From a virus, in IMG/VR virus record IMGVR_UViG_3300007640_000027: DNA of 64,000 nucleotides; one strand, 5' to 3'. Every line of letters starts with the position of its first letter. Position 1 is the stretch's first letter. Under the pieces are notes generated by a model. The model ran no database searches, had not been told where the DNA came from, and worked only from the letters and a program-made list of their open reading frames with translations. Shown one piece after another: positions 48,114 through 58,853 of this stretch. Both the position numbers and the translations under genes were made by a program.

Positions 48114-49126
48114 AATTTACGTTTTTTTGTTTTAAATCTACGTTTTTCACTTCTTGTTAATTTCATAAATGGTGTTAGAAAATTTACCCAAGCGTTATCA
48201 TATTTACCCAAGTATTTAAAAATACCATCTTCTCTCATAAGTCTCATTAAGTTCTTATATCCCCTGTTTTCAGGGTCAATATCTTCTTCGTAATAAGACT
48301 TTATTGTTTGTTTGGACTCATCATCCAAAAGAGGGTTAGAAAGGTCCACAAGTCTTTTATTTACCTCAAAGAACTCATCACCAAAAACACCTTTTCTTGT
48401 TTTTCCTGATAATAAGTTCATCAATGCCCTATTACCTTTGTCTTCACTTAATAACCTCTCAGCCTTTTCTAAAATATCCTCAATTTTTATGACATCATCA
48501 ACTAATTCAGGAAATAATTTTACAAAAGTTTTTTCACCCAAATATTGTATACCGTCAATATTATCTGATTTATCTCCCGATATTGTTTTAAAAACCGCAA
48601 TGTTTTGGTGAGGAATAGAAATGTGGTATAAATCTATTTTATCACCGTACTTATAATACTTTTTCTTACTTGGAGAATATATCTGAACATTTTCAGATAT
48701 TAATTGGGTGAGATCTTTATCTGAAGAAAAAATTGTAATTTTCTCATCTTCAGCAATCTGACAATAGTATGCAATTGCATCGTCACTCTCAGCCCCATCT
48801 ATTTCAACCTGACGAATAAACATCTCTTCCAAATATTTTCTAATTCGGAGATTTTGCCATTCATAAGATTCTTTCTTTTGTGGATTAAGAGTTTCTTTTC
48901 TATTGGATTTATATTCAGGATAAAATAATCTTCTTTGGGAAGAGTTATCCACTCCGTCCCAAAAGACAATAACTTTATTAAAGTTATGTTCCTCAATAAA
49001 TCTTCTTATGGTGTTTACGAAGTGATAGATTGCACCAATGTGCTTTCCTTCGTGATAGTATTCTCTAACACCGTGAAAACCAATTTGAAACAAATTATTT
49101 CCGTCAACCAATAGGGTTTTTGTCAC
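48110..49126 (-). CDS. 5'-3' exonuclease / flap endonuclease (T4 RNase H, PolI N-terminal-like)
   Basis: LLVDGNNL, YPEYKSNR, ESDDAIA, SSDKDLTQL and GDKSDNIDGI..LGEKT. Confidence 0.92.
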   Translation of the reverse strand: MTKTLLVDGNNLFQIGFHGVREYYHEGKHIGAIYHFVNTIRRFIEEHNFNKVIVFWDGVDNSSQRRLFYPEYKSNRKETLNPQKKESYEWQNLRIRKYLEEMFIRQVEIDGAESDDAIAYYCQIAEDEKITIFSSDKDLTQLISENVQIYSPSKKKYYKYGDKIDLYHISIPHQNIAVFKTISGDKSDNIDGIQYLGEKTFVKLFPELVDDVIKIEDILEKAERLLSEDKGNRALMNLLSGKTRKGVFGDEFFEVNKRLVDLSNPLLDDESKQTIKSYYEEDIDPENRGYKNLMRLMREDGIFKYLGKYDNAWVNFLTPFMKLTRSEKRRFKTKKRKL

Positions 49127-50154
49127 GACTGACTTGATTCAGATTCAACTTCTTTTCCTTCTTCCGATACTACCAAATTAAAGTCACCTTCAATTCCAAT
49201 GATTTCTTTCCAATAATCAGAATTTTCCGTTTTGTAACCTTCAATTGATTTCTTTTCTTCTGCACTGTCTTTACCAGAAAGAAATCCGTGTGCCGTCACA
49301 ATAATCTTTCCGTCCTCATAACCAAGTCCGTTGATATGGTTTTTTAAAACAGAAACTTTTGTTCGGGTTGCAAATTTAACCTTTCTTTTGTTTTTAACAG
49401 CAGAAATTTTTGTGGTTCCCGCATTTTTTTGATTTCCAAATAAGAAAACCAAAGATGAATTCAACCAAATTGATTCACCACCTTTCGCCTTAATTTTTGG
49501 TTGACCAAAAGGATTATCAGGTATTTCAACCCAAGGTTGATTAACAATAACCAAAGTATTTTCATATTTTGATGTGGATTTGCGAGAACCCGAAATTCTT
49601 TGATTAATACCCATACCTATTTTATCCGCCAAAACTGCGGCGTTATGTTGTTTACCACCTTTTCCATCATATGTCATTTTACAAGGAACTGATCCAACAG
49701 AATCCCATAAAAATAAAAGATCATATGGTAAATCACCTTTTTCTTGTGCATCCAAAAGTTCATTTATGTAATCGGTGATTTGCTCAATATAACTGAAGTC
49801 ATTATTAAAAATAAAAAATCCATCCCATTCAATCTCACCCGTTTCTTGATCAACCATCTCCTCACATTCAAAACCCATAAGTTTAGCATGTTCAAAAGAC
49901 CACTTTTGTTCCGTGATAATAAAAACAGGTAATACATCATTCTGTTGTGCCCAAACAGCACTCTTAACTAATGCGGTTGTCTTTCCCGTATCTGAATGAC
50001 CCAAAAACATATTTAAATGACCAATTGCCGGACCAGGTAAACCCACCGCATCCAAAAACACCTCTCCCAAATCAATAAATCTCTGATTTTTGTATTTGGC
50101 ACTCGCAGAAAACTTTTTCTTAATTGAGTTAAATTCTTTTTTCTTAATTGACAT
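49123..50154 (-). CDS. RecA/UvsX-like recombinase
   Basis: Walker A GHSDTGKT, LWDSVGS, IVNQ, KAKGG and KNH. Start moved to 50154 because the track start (50196) lies inside a terminator hairpin. Confidence 0.85.
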   Translation of the reverse strand: MSIKKKEFNSIKKKFSASAKYKNQRFIDLGEVFLDAVGLPGPAIGHLNMFLGHSDTGKTTALVKSAVWAQQNDVLPVFIITEQKWSFEHAKLMGFECEEMVDQETGEIEWDGFFIFNNDFSYIEQITDYINELLDAQEKGDLPYDLLFLWDSVGSVPCKMTYDGKGGKQHNAAVLADKIGMGINQRISGSRKSTSKYENTLVIVNQPWVEIPDNPFGQPKIKAKGGESIWLNSSLVFLFGNQKNAGTTKISAVKNKRKVKFATRTKVSVLKNHINGLGYEDGKIIVTAHGFLSGKDSAEEKKSIEGYKTENSDYWKEIIGIEGDFNLVVSEEGKEVESESSQS

Positions 50155-50167
50155 ATCTTCAAACAAT

Positions 50168-50196
50168 AAAAATGGTGCAGACATCGCCTGCACCAT
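50168..50196 (-). terminator. Intrinsic terminator after ssb
   Basis: Minus strand AUGGUGCAGGC-GAU-GUCUGCACCAU-UUUU, with a G-U pair only on the minus strand. Confidence 0.75.
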
Positions 50197-50209
50197 AAGT
50201 TAATTTTAA

Positions 50210-51059
50210 TTAGAAAGGTAATTCATCATCCACATCTTGATAACTTTGTGGATCCTCATCCTCAGACTCTGAAGAAGAAGAACCTCCAATTACCGATTGC
50301 GATTCTTCACCATATACGAATTTTTTCAATTCACTATCCCATACAGGAACCTCTCCTTGTGCTACCGCCTCCAAATACTCAACAGGTTTTTTAGCATATA
50401 CATCATTCCATGTTAACTCATCTGCTAACCACTCATCCATCAGTTCTTTTTCTTCGTGAACAGGACAAGGATCATCATACATAACAGTTTGAACTACAGT
50501 ATACTCAATACCTTTTGGTGTTTTTGCTTTAGCAAGTTCAATAATAAGATCACGACCTTCTTGAGGATCAGTGATATCACCTTTTGCCCTCCAAATTGGA
50601 ATAATCTTATCCAAAATACCTTCTTGCTTAATTGTCTTTAAATCTCCAAAACTTAGGTCCGTGATCTTCGTTTTCACGATCAATTAGTTTTACAATATAA
50701 AACTTACGAGGACGGTATTGCATCGCCAATTTCTTGTCCGATTCTTTACCTGTTGACATCAGTTCTTCATAAACTTCAGACAAAGGAGAACGTTCTCCAT
50801 CATTTTTACCGGGATCGTACAGCTTAGTCCATTTTCCGTCAATCTGAACCTCGTGATACCATACCTCTTTGAAAGGTGATGTACCATCTGAAGTTGGAAG
50901 AATACGGACGCGTTTTTGTCCTGATTTACTACCTTTTGGTAAATAAGTTGTGAAATACCGCTTTAAACGGTCTTCTTGTGACATTGCACCATTTGATGAT
51001 GCACGTTGGGTGTTTTTCTCGTACTGAGATAAAACAGAATCCAGTGTTGTTTTAGACAT
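50210..51059 (-). CDS. ssb: Single-stranded DNA-binding protein (T4 gp32-like), split by a frameshift at about 50630
   Basis: VRILPT...PFKEVWYH...GPKFWRFKDN* continues in another frame as KQEGILDKI...GDITDP..GRDL, with acidic tail DVDDELPF. Joined length is about 282 aa. Confidence 0.75.
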
Positions 51060-51101
51060 AATTTCTCATTTTTACTCGTTAATATTTGTTCTTATACACA
51101 A

Positions 51102-51134
51102 CAAAAATATAAACAAATAAAAGATTATGTCAAA
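51102..51134 (-). promoter_or_regulatory. Bacteroidota housekeeping-sigma promoter (-33 TTTG / -7 TAnnTTTG) for the replication operon
   Basis: Minus strand TTTG-acataatcttttatttgttta(21 nt)-TATTTTTG, 42 nt upstream of the ssb ATG. Confidence 0.7.
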
Positions 51135-51140
51135 TGTAAA

Positions 51141-51776
51141 TTATAATTCTTCAAAGGGTTTGTCAAAACTTTTTGCAATGTCTGATTCAGAATAATTTTC
51201 AACATCATCTGAAGTTAACACATACTCATTTTTACCCGATGCCTCTAATTCATTTTCTTTATCCTGAAAAAAATCCGTAAGTTTCTGATTATAAGGATAA
51301 CTATCCAAACTTCTCAACTGAAGTCTCTCCGTTGGTGTTTTTGGTTTCATTTTCTCAACCTTCTGTTCCAAATCATTAATCTTCATTAATATTTTATCCA
51401 TATCCTCTAACTTGTTTGTTAAAGAATCCAATTTTTGGAACATAGTGTCCATATATTCATCCTGTTTGTCTGAAATATTTTTTTGAGTTGTAACTAATTC
51501 AGTAACGTCTAATTCTTCTGTTGATGCTGACTCACCACCCATATCAGGTGTTTCTTCAGTAGATTCTTCATCATCTACAATTTCTACATCAGGATCTGAT
51601 TCTACATCAATAGGTTCAGGAATTTCTTCCGCACCTTCATCAGACGCAACATCCATTTCACCACCTTCTTCAGGTGTATCCTCATCAGGTACTTCACCTA
51701 ATCCCTGTTCATTTAAATAACTAGAGATATTTTGATATCTACTAATTTCATCTAATATTTTTTTCTCTATTGACAT
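51141..51776 (-). CDS. Acidic coiled-coil protein, possible internal virion/scaffold protein
   Basis: KILDEISRYQNISSYLNEQ, then a D/E/P-rich linker and a coiled coil. Alternative start at 51794. Confidence 0.6.
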   Translation of the reverse strand: MSIEKKILDEISRYQNISSYLNEQGLGEVPDEDTPEEGGEMDVASDEGAEEIPEPIDVESDPDVEIVDDEESTEETPDMGGESASTEELDVTELVTTQKNISDKQDEYMDTMFQKLDSLTNKLEDMDKILMKINDLEQKVEKMKPKTPTERLQLRSLDSYPYNQKLTDFFQDKENELEASGKNEYVLTSDDVENYSESDIAKSFDKPFEEL

Positions 51777-51786
51777 TGTAATATTT

Positions 51787-52011
51787 TTAACCATTTAAAA
51801 GGGACTTTACTCCCTGTGGCGTTTCAACTTTAAGAGTTCTGTTAATTTGTTTTGAATTATCATATCTCTCAATTAATCCGTCTCTCATTCTAACGGTATA
51901 ACAATCACCAGTATCTAAGTCACAAACTTCTTTGTAACCTTCACCCATATCTCTCTCGGTGATTCTGGTATCTTTTTTTAAAAAATTATCAAGTAACGTT
52001 TTAGTATCCAT
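51787..52011 (-). CDS. Hypothetical protein (74 aa)
   Basis: CDLDTGDC motif. TATTTAT at 52024-52030 is 12 nt upstream. Confidence 0.65.
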   Translation of the reverse strand: MDTKTLLDNFLKKDTRITERDMGEGYKEVCDLDTGDCYTVRMRDGLIERYDNSKQINRTLKVETPQGVKSLLNG

Positions 52012-52061
52012 GCTTTTTTATATATAAATATATCCAAATTCAATAAATTTTCAATTTTTTA

Positions 52062-55000
52062 TTAAATTAGTTCTCGTATTGTATTTTTAAAGTAACGTTT
52101 TGCACGAGTAATTTGATTATTAGTAGTGGTAATTGACTGATTATAAGGATTACCTTCAACCCATACCTGATACCATAATTGTGCCAAATCCTCAGATACA
52201 TCATCTTCTGCATTTTGAATATTCGGATTATTGTCTCTTATTAGATTTAAATATGTACTGAATTTTGAATTCATATATCTAATTGAATCTGTAAAATCAT
52301 CAAAAGAAACATAAAAGTCATTTGACCCATTCACACTGTAATTTGTATATTCACTGATATATGAAGATAAATTACCACCAGGTTTTTGATAATTACCCTC
52401 ATACGGTTTAATGTTGTAAATGTTATTATTGTAAACATTTGATAATTCATTACAATCCTCACGAGAACATTTCATTAATTTTGCAGTACCCAATAAGAAT
52501 ATTCTTGTTATTAGACTATAACCACCAATAGATGAAGTTATTCCTGATATAGGAACCGTAGTTAATACTGTATTAACCTTTTCAACACCTTGATCGGGAT
52601 CTGTAAACCAAGCATCTTCAGGTGCCGCAATCTCTTGTGCTTGTATTGCGGTATTTTCATCAACAGAGTTTTCATTCGTACCACGAGTATTTGATTTGAT
52701 ATCTAAGTTTCTTAATCTTTCCTGATACCTTTTAACCAAATCCAAATTTACACTAGCAGCTTGCTTATCAATATTCTTTAATACAAATTTAGGAACCCTA
52801 ATTCCATCAAATTGAGTTTCAAAACTACCAGGCCCAATAGTATGATTAACATTTAAAATATAATAAGGTCCCCTAAACATCGGAACATATCTCAAATTAA
52901 AATACATTGTTGGTTGAATCTGAGCATTACCGATAGTTCTTATACTTGCAGTATATGTTAGACTTTGATAATATTGATACAATGATTGTGATTGTTGACT
53001 CACTTTCTTTCCACCCGCTTCACTACCCATACGGGCAAGTACATCATATACAGGTGCCGCATTTTTGTGTGTATTCATATCAATATCCAAATCTTTAAAT
53101 ACCCCTTGATTTGGAACTCCAAAATCCACAGTAAAACCAACACATCTGTTGGAAGCCGCAGGATCACCCGTATTTTCCGAAACAACACCATTACCATTCG
53201 GTACCGATAAATCAAATGCATCATTTGCAAATACATAATTTGGATTATCGGGTTGATCCAAATATTCTGAAGGTTTTCCGACATAAATTAAAAGAATTTT
53301 AGGTCGGGTATCAACAGTTTCAACTTCCATATGTGTTCCGAATAAATCATTGGCGAGATTTTCAATTCTATTTGGTTCTGAACCTGAAACTCTTCCTGGT
53401 AAACCATAAAAGTTGGTATATGTTGGAAGGGGCATATAGGTCATATTGGTATTTTCAATTAACGAACCCACCAAACTATACAATGAAGTTGAATCTCTTT
53501 TTACTTTTAAGTAATTTCTGAGATCATTTATATTGATGACTACTTTATCTCCAATATCACGATTGGCTCTATCTAAGAACAAAAAGTCTTCAAATAATGT
53601 TCTTCTTTTAAAATCTTGACCTGCAACCCACTTATCATTTAATAACTTAAGATTATAATAAATTTCAGTTTTTATCTCATCGCTATCAACAGAAGATTTT
53701 TGTATGTTTTCTGATTCTTCAATTATTACACTCGGTAATGTATTTGATTTTGTTAAAATATTATTTAATAAACTTCTTTGAAGGTTGGTTTTGTTTCCAA
53801 CATAATTATTAAATAAATCTCTAAAGTCATCTGAAGTTAAGTTTGAGTTTAACTTTCTTTGTGTAATATATATTTTTATAATTTTTTCAAAGTTTCTAAC
53901 ATTTGCCGCAGTAAAATCAATATTGAAATTAATGAAGAAGTCCGTAATATATGAACCCGAATCTTTGTAAAATAAATCACCATCTTCAAAATTACCAACT
54001 CTTAAATATAATTCATCCCAAGCATCAGGATATTGATTTTGACTATTAATTAATGTTGTTTGTGGCGGTAAACTGTTGTTTATATAACCCGAATATTGAG
54101 TTTGAATAATTTCTGGCGATATAAGATCAGAATTGTTCGTTACAAAATCATTAAAATATTTTCTGTTATAATTTGAAGGATTACCCAATTTTAATACCAC
54201 ATCTTTTTTCAATAAATCTTCAGATAACTTATTGGACATTGAATTGATCTGTTCAACCGCAATTTGTTTTGCAATCGTGGTCGGATCATTTGAAAGATTA
54301 TCAGGTTTTTGAACAATAAATGTTGATTTCATCATATCAAATAATGAAAAAGTGGCAATATTTCTGTTTTGTTCAAAAAAGTTTGACTTAACCTCAACTT
54401 CATTAAAAAATGAAGGTGCCGAAAATTTATCACTTTTCTGGCAAAAATTTAAAAATAACTTTTCAAACTCATCCAACAAATCTTTATTAAAAACCGAGAA
54501 TATTTCTTCAATATTCGCATAACCATATTGATTTGTTGTATTTGTTAAACTGAATGGTTCTTGAACCTGTTGATCGTTTTTTACTATTTTTAAGTACTCA
54601 TCGGGTGTCGGCTGACCAATAATATTATTATCAAAATAACCGAAGTTAGATACATTCCATAATGATCTCACACCACCATTAAAAATGGAAGGATAGTTAT
54701 TAGAAAAATCATTATTCAATTCATTTTCCACTTGATCTGATCTTAAGTGTCCAACAGAAGGAAACACCAATACGTTATCTTGATCTGAAGATGCAAAGTC
54801 AGAATTACCTAATATTTCACCATACACAAAGTAATTACTAATAACATTTTGGACATCAGTACTCTGATTTTCTATTTCTCCAATCTTAATATTTTTGTTT
54901 AATATACCTGTACCTACATCAGAAGAAGAGTAACTATTAAATAAATCATTACTTGTAAAATAATAATAAAAATCATTTAATACTTGCGGATAAAATCCAC

Positions 55001-58000
55001 GATTAATATATTGTGTATTATTTATTGTTTGATTATGTGAATAATTTAAAGAATTACCATTTAAATCATTAAAGACATATTGTTTTTGCAAATTTCCGGC
55101 AACGGGGTCATAACCATTTTGATAATCAAAATCACCCCAAACATTAGATAAAATATCGGTATTTGACGTATAATATTGTTTATATCTGTGCCATATTGAG
55201 CCATATTTTAAAATCCAAAGATAAGGTATTTTATGTATTGCTGAATATTTGTTAAACACGCTTGAAATGTAATTTAAATATTCCACCGAACCTTGTCCTG
55301 AATTTTCATTTTGGGTAATATAGTTGGTAAATTTTTCTTTCAGTGTTGAAAGTGGTAATGAATTTAAGAATAGATAACCCAACGCAACATATGGATTAAC
55401 ATTATTATTTTTTTCTTTTGCAACACCATCTATTATCGCATTGATAAAGTACGGTGTGTTTAATATTGATGTGGTCTGTTTGGACGTTAGTCTGTTTGTT
55501 GTTGGATATAATGAGGAATAATCAATATAAGATTCAGTTAAATACAAATTATTTTCTGTGCGAGTTTCATAATAAGTTTTTAATTGTTCCGTTGTATTAA
55601 TATTGTCTGAGGGTTGTGGAGATTGATCATCTGATGTGGATTGATTTGGACCACCCGATCTGTTATTCAACCAACCAAAATTCGTTAATAATTTCTTTTC
55701 GTAATTGGCATCCACATTATCAAAAGATGCGATTGTTTTTTTCGGTTCATAAACAGTCAATACCTTTGTGGTATCATTTGATTGTTTGGCGTCCTGAAAT
55801 ACAGAACCGTTTGCCATATTTTCTTGAATCCACTGTAAATCACCAAAAGGATATGTATCCAAAAATGATGAAGTATTAGTTAAACTATTCGCTAAAAGAT
55901 TTCTTAACTTTGCAATCGCATCTCCATCTGACGACGAATTCGTTGATTTACCATTATTTAACGTCTCAATTGAGTATACCCTATTTGGGTTTTCTAACAT
56001 TACTTTTATTCTATCAGTAACATATTCGTTTCTCTTAAATAGATTCCAATTCGTTCCTTGACCATTTTGTGATGTGGATTTTAAAAATGATAATAAGTTG
56101 GTAAGATTAAATTTACTCTCTTTTAAGATCTTCAATAATTCGGGGTTATTTTCAACGCTATTTAAAATGTTATTGAACTCAATTTGAGTGAAAATTTCGT
56201 TTGATTGTTTTTCTAAATCATCTGTAATGATTTTACTGTAGTTAGATAAAACATAACTTCTTTCAAATATCTCAAATAAATAATTTGTGATAATGGTATT
56301 TTGATAAGGCAACCTATTAAAAGGGAATTCGGTCGCAATAATTGGCGATAATTTTGTTTGTTGAAGGTCGTTTTCAAAGTTAATAAACGCAGTAGGAGTT
56401 TCTTTCTGAACTGCAGCCGTTAAATATTGTTCAACAAATTCAACCTCAGGCCAAGTGATTGGGTTTGTGTTGTCTGAAGCAATTCCTGTAATACCAGGAT
56501 ATTTTAATTCAAATTGTGAATTTCCATCTTCATCTTCTTCCAAAACAAAATATTGTGGCCAAGGATAAATAACTTTGTTTGTATCTGTTATGTTTTTGGA
56601 TTCTGAAGATAATGCTTTTTTGTTTTCACTTAATACACTATTAATTCTATTTGTATTACTTCTTTGATTCCACGCGTCTTCGTGTGTGTCATCCATAAGT
56701 TGTAAAAATGTGTCTGCATTTGCACAGACCACAGCAAAAACATTTCTTATTGTTGGTTTAAACCCTAAACCTATATTTGGATCTACAATTTTTTTGGATA
56801 ATGCGTCAGTTAATTTTTTCTGTATTTCTTGTACTTTTGTATCGTAATCTTTTTCTAGTTTGTTTAACTTATTTAAAAAACTATTTGATTCTGTACTATT
56901 ACCATTTTGACCAGTTACACCAACAATATTACCAAATTTAAAAAATGAATTTGAATTTCCTTTCTCAACTTCAAAAGTTTTTGCATTTATTCTATAACCA
57001 TCCAAAAACAATTCTCTAATAAATTCACCCTTAAATAATTCAACTTCATTATCTGTTAAACCAGCACCCAATCTTAACCTTGCAGTTTCACTGAAATTAA
57101 CCTGATCTGTTGGATTTGTTATATTAACCAAAAAGTCATCCAATTTAATATCAAATGATAAATTTGAATCTGTATAAACTTTATTATCTATTTTATATCT
57201 TCCGTTTTCACCAAAAGAAGGGTTTTCTTTTAATAAACGATTATAATTCTCTATCTTTGATTTTAAATCCGTTATCGCATCTTTATAAAATTGTAAATTA
57301 TTATCATTTTTCTTTAATTGATATAAGATACTTTTACCTATACCTTCGGCTGAACTAGGAACAACATAACTTTTTGGATCAATAAATTTAGTAAAGAAAT
57401 TTTCAACTGTAGTACTTAAACCATATACCGCATTTCTATATTCATCCAAATTTTTTTTATATTGATTTGCATCAATTAAAACGGAAAAATCTTGTTTGGA
57501 ATATGTATCCATCACAAACTTATCAAACCTTTCCAATCGGTTAACCATTTCACCCATGCTGATTTGTGAGGTCACAGGGAAGTCGTTACCAATTAAACCT
57601 TTGTCCCTATATACTTGATATACTTGTTGTAATTTTTGATATCCTCTTGTTGTATCCACAACATTAATTCGTGTGGTTGTATTATCATTACCTGTTTGTG
57701 CAACACTTTGTGATTCACTATTAGATGAACTATTGGAATTAGTTTGAATTGTTGTCGGATACATCTTTGATACCGTAAACAACTGATTAAGATTAATATC
57801 ATTTAATAATGCGTGTGTTCGTGCAATGAATTTTGTTGATATTATATAGTTACCCGTATTCGCATCAAACCTCGCATTAAAAGTTTGTAACATCAATTCA
57901 TATCTCAACGCCTTTCCAAAATACCCTTTTAATGTTAATTCAAATAAAGGATATGGCATTTGCATAAAAGCAGAATAAGGTGAATCTTCTCCCTGTTCAA

Positions 58001-58544
58001 ATAAAGCCCTTCCTTGTACATCCACAAAATCAATATCCACAACTGGAGTATATGAAGAATTAATTTTTATATTTATATTGGTAATACCTAAGAATTGACT
58101 ATCTGTTTTGTTGATAATTTTTTGATCCGTGAATTTTTGTGTTTTACCATCAGATAAGGTTTCGGTATTGGTATATTGTTGTATTTGATTTAAACCCTTA
58201 CCTTCCAAACTACCTTTACCTGTGATCTGATCAGACCAATCAGTAGTATAATTACCCGCATTAGGAAACGTGAAATTGGTTTTTAAATTTCTATCTTGAT
58301 TTAATTGACCGACTCTTAAATTAGTATAAATCGGCTCTTCCAAACCCTCACCTACAGCTAGTTTTGTTCTAGGTAATATCTTTGCAGTCAATTCTGCATA
58401 CATCACCATATCCTCGTGATTTACCAATCTTTCTTTTACCTGCCCTTGACTATCAACAACTTTGTTTGGGTCAACCACGTAAATATTTTGGAAATCACTC
58501 TCTACATATATGTTTTGAGAATTTGAATAATCCTTATTTGCCAT
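52062..58544 (-). CDS. Large baseplate hub-like protein (2160 aa) with a possible degenerate C-terminal muralytic domain
   Basis: N-terminal LGITNINIK...VDIDFVDVQG and late IGNAQIQPTMYFNL...GPYYILNVNHTI...FETQF resemble the gp27/gpD hub fold. Follows the LysM/gp53-like gene. Confidence 0.55.
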   Translation of the reverse strand: MANKDYSNSQNIYVESDFQNIYVVDPNKVVDSQGQVKERLVNHEDMVMYAELTAKILPRTKLAVGEGLEEPIYTNLRVGQLNQDRNLKTNFTFPNAGNYTTDWSDQITGKGSLEGKGLNQIQQYTNTETLSDGKTQKFTDQKIINKTDSQFLGITNINIKINSSYTPVVDIDFVDVQGRALFEQGEDSPYSAFMQMPYPLFELTLKGYFGKALRYELMLQTFNARFDANTGNYIISTKFIARTHALLNDINLNQLFTVSKMYPTTIQTNSNSSSNSESQSVAQTGNDNTTTRINVVDTTRGYQKLQQVYQVYRDKGLIGNDFPVTSQISMGEMVNRLERFDKFVMDTYSKQDFSVLIDANQYKKNLDEYRNAVYGLSTTVENFFTKFIDPKSYVVPSSAEGIGKSILYQLKKNDNNLQFYKDAITDLKSKIENYNRLLKENPSFGENGRYKIDNKVYTDSNLSFDIKLDDFLVNITNPTDQVNFSETARLRLGAGLTDNEVELFKGEFIRELFLDGYRINAKTFEVEKGNSNSFFKFGNIVGVTGQNGNSTESNSFLNKLNKLEKDYDTKVQEIQKKLTDALSKKIVDPNIGLGFKPTIRNVFAVVCANADTFLQLMDDTHEDAWNQRSNTNRINSVLSENKKALSSESKNITDTNKVIYPWPQYFVLEEDEDGNSQFELKYPGITGIASDNTNPITWPEVEFVEQYLTAAVQKETPTAFINFENDLQQTKLSPIIATEFPFNRLPYQNTIITNYLFEIFERSYVLSNYSKIITDDLEKQSNEIFTQIEFNNILNSVENNPELLKILKESKFNLTNLLSFLKSTSQNGQGTNWNLFKRNEYVTDRIKVMLENPNRVYSIETLNNGKSTNSSSDGDAIAKLRNLLANSLTNTSSFLDTYPFGDLQWIQENMANGSVFQDAKQSNDTTKVLTVYEPKKTIASFDNVDANYEKKLLTNFGWLNNRSGGPNQSTSDDQSPQPSDNINTTEQLKTYYETRTENNLYLTESYIDYSSLYPTTNRLTSKQTTSILNTPYFINAIIDGVAKEKNNNVNPYVALGYLFLNSLPLSTLKEKFTNYITQNENSGQGSVEYLNYISSVFNKYSAIHKIPYLWILKYGSIWHRYKQYYTSNTDILSNVWGDFDYQNGYDPVAGNLQKQYVFNDLNGNSLNYSHNQTINNTQYINRGFYPQVLNDFYYYFTSNDLFNSYSSSDVGTGILNKNIKIGEIENQSTDVQNVISNYFVYGEILGNSDFASSDQDNVLVFPSVGHLRSDQVENELNNDFSNNYPSIFNGGVRSLWNVSNFGYFDNNIIGQPTPDEYLKIVKNDQQVQEPFSLTNTTNQYGYANIEEIFSVFNKDLLDEFEKLFLNFCQKSDKFSAPSFFNEVEVKSNFFEQNRNIATFSLFDMMKSTFIVQKPDNLSNDPTTIAKQIAVEQINSMSNKLSEDLLKKDVVLKLGNPSNYNRKYFNDFVTNNSDLISPEIIQTQYSGYINNSLPPQTTLINSQNQYPDAWDELYLRVGNFEDGDLFYKDSGSYITDFFINFNIDFTAANVRNFEKIIKIYITQRKLNSNLTSDDFRDLFNNYVGNKTNLQRSLLNNILTKSNTLPSVIIEESENIQKSSVDSDEIKTEIYYNLKLLNDKWVAGQDFKRRTLFEDFLFLDRANRDIGDKVVININDLRNYLKVKRDSTSLYSLVGSLIENTNMTYMPLPTYTNFYGLPGRVSGSEPNRIENLANDLFGTHMEVETVDTRPKILLIYVGKPSEYLDQPDNPNYVFANDAFDLSVPNGNGVVSENTGDPAASNRCVGFTVDFGVPNQGVFKDLDIDMNTHKNAAPVYDVLARMGSEAGGKKVSQQSQSLYQYYQSLTYTASIRTIGNAQIQPTMYFNLRYVPMFRGPYYILNVNHTIGPGSFETQFDGIRVPKFVLKNIDKQAASVNLDLVKRYQERLRNLDIKSNTRGTNENSVDENTAIQAQEIAAPEDAWFTDPDQGVEKVNTVLTTVPISGITSSIGGYSLITRIFLLGTAKLMKCSREDCNELSNVYNNNIYNIKPYEGNYQKPGGNLSSYISEYTNYSVNGSNDFYVSFDDFTDSIRYMNSKFSTYLNLIRDNNPNIQNAEDDVSEDLAQLWYQVWVEGNPYNQSITTTNNQITRAKRYFKNTIRELI

Positions 58545-58851
58545 AATAGAAGAAATAATTATCTAACGCATCTTTATAATCTTGAAGGGAAGCAACCAAC
58601 GGAAAAGGTACGGTCAATACACTACCATCAGTTATATTATTTTCCAATCCACCATATTCAGGATTGCCCATCAAAATTAGCCAACCAAAATAAGGGGTAC
58701 CATATATTTCATAACTCAATTTGTCCAAACGACTACTTTCCTGTCTATAAACATAACGCTTATCTGTAGGTTTTGAAGGTATTTTTACAAAAGGAACAAT
58801 AGTTTGTTCTCCATTGACTATAAAATTCTGATATCTGTTATAATATCTCAT
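58534..58851 (-). CDS. LysM-like baseplate protein (T4 gp53 / P2 tail X-like)
   Basis: RLDKLSYEIYGTPYFGWLILMGNP...GSVLTVP. Confidence 0.8.
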   Translation of the reverse strand: MRYYNRYQNFIVNGEQTIVPFVKIPSKPTDKRYVYRQESSRLDKLSYEIYGTPYFGWLILMGNPEYGGLENNITDGSVLTVPFPLVASLQDYKDALDNYFFYYGK

Positions 58852-58853
58852 AG

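Noticed and set aside
43211-50154. Inteins or introns in nrdA, nrdB, helicase or recombinase
   Set aside because: Lengths are compact, motifs are contiguous, and no splicing or homing-endonuclease motifs are visible.
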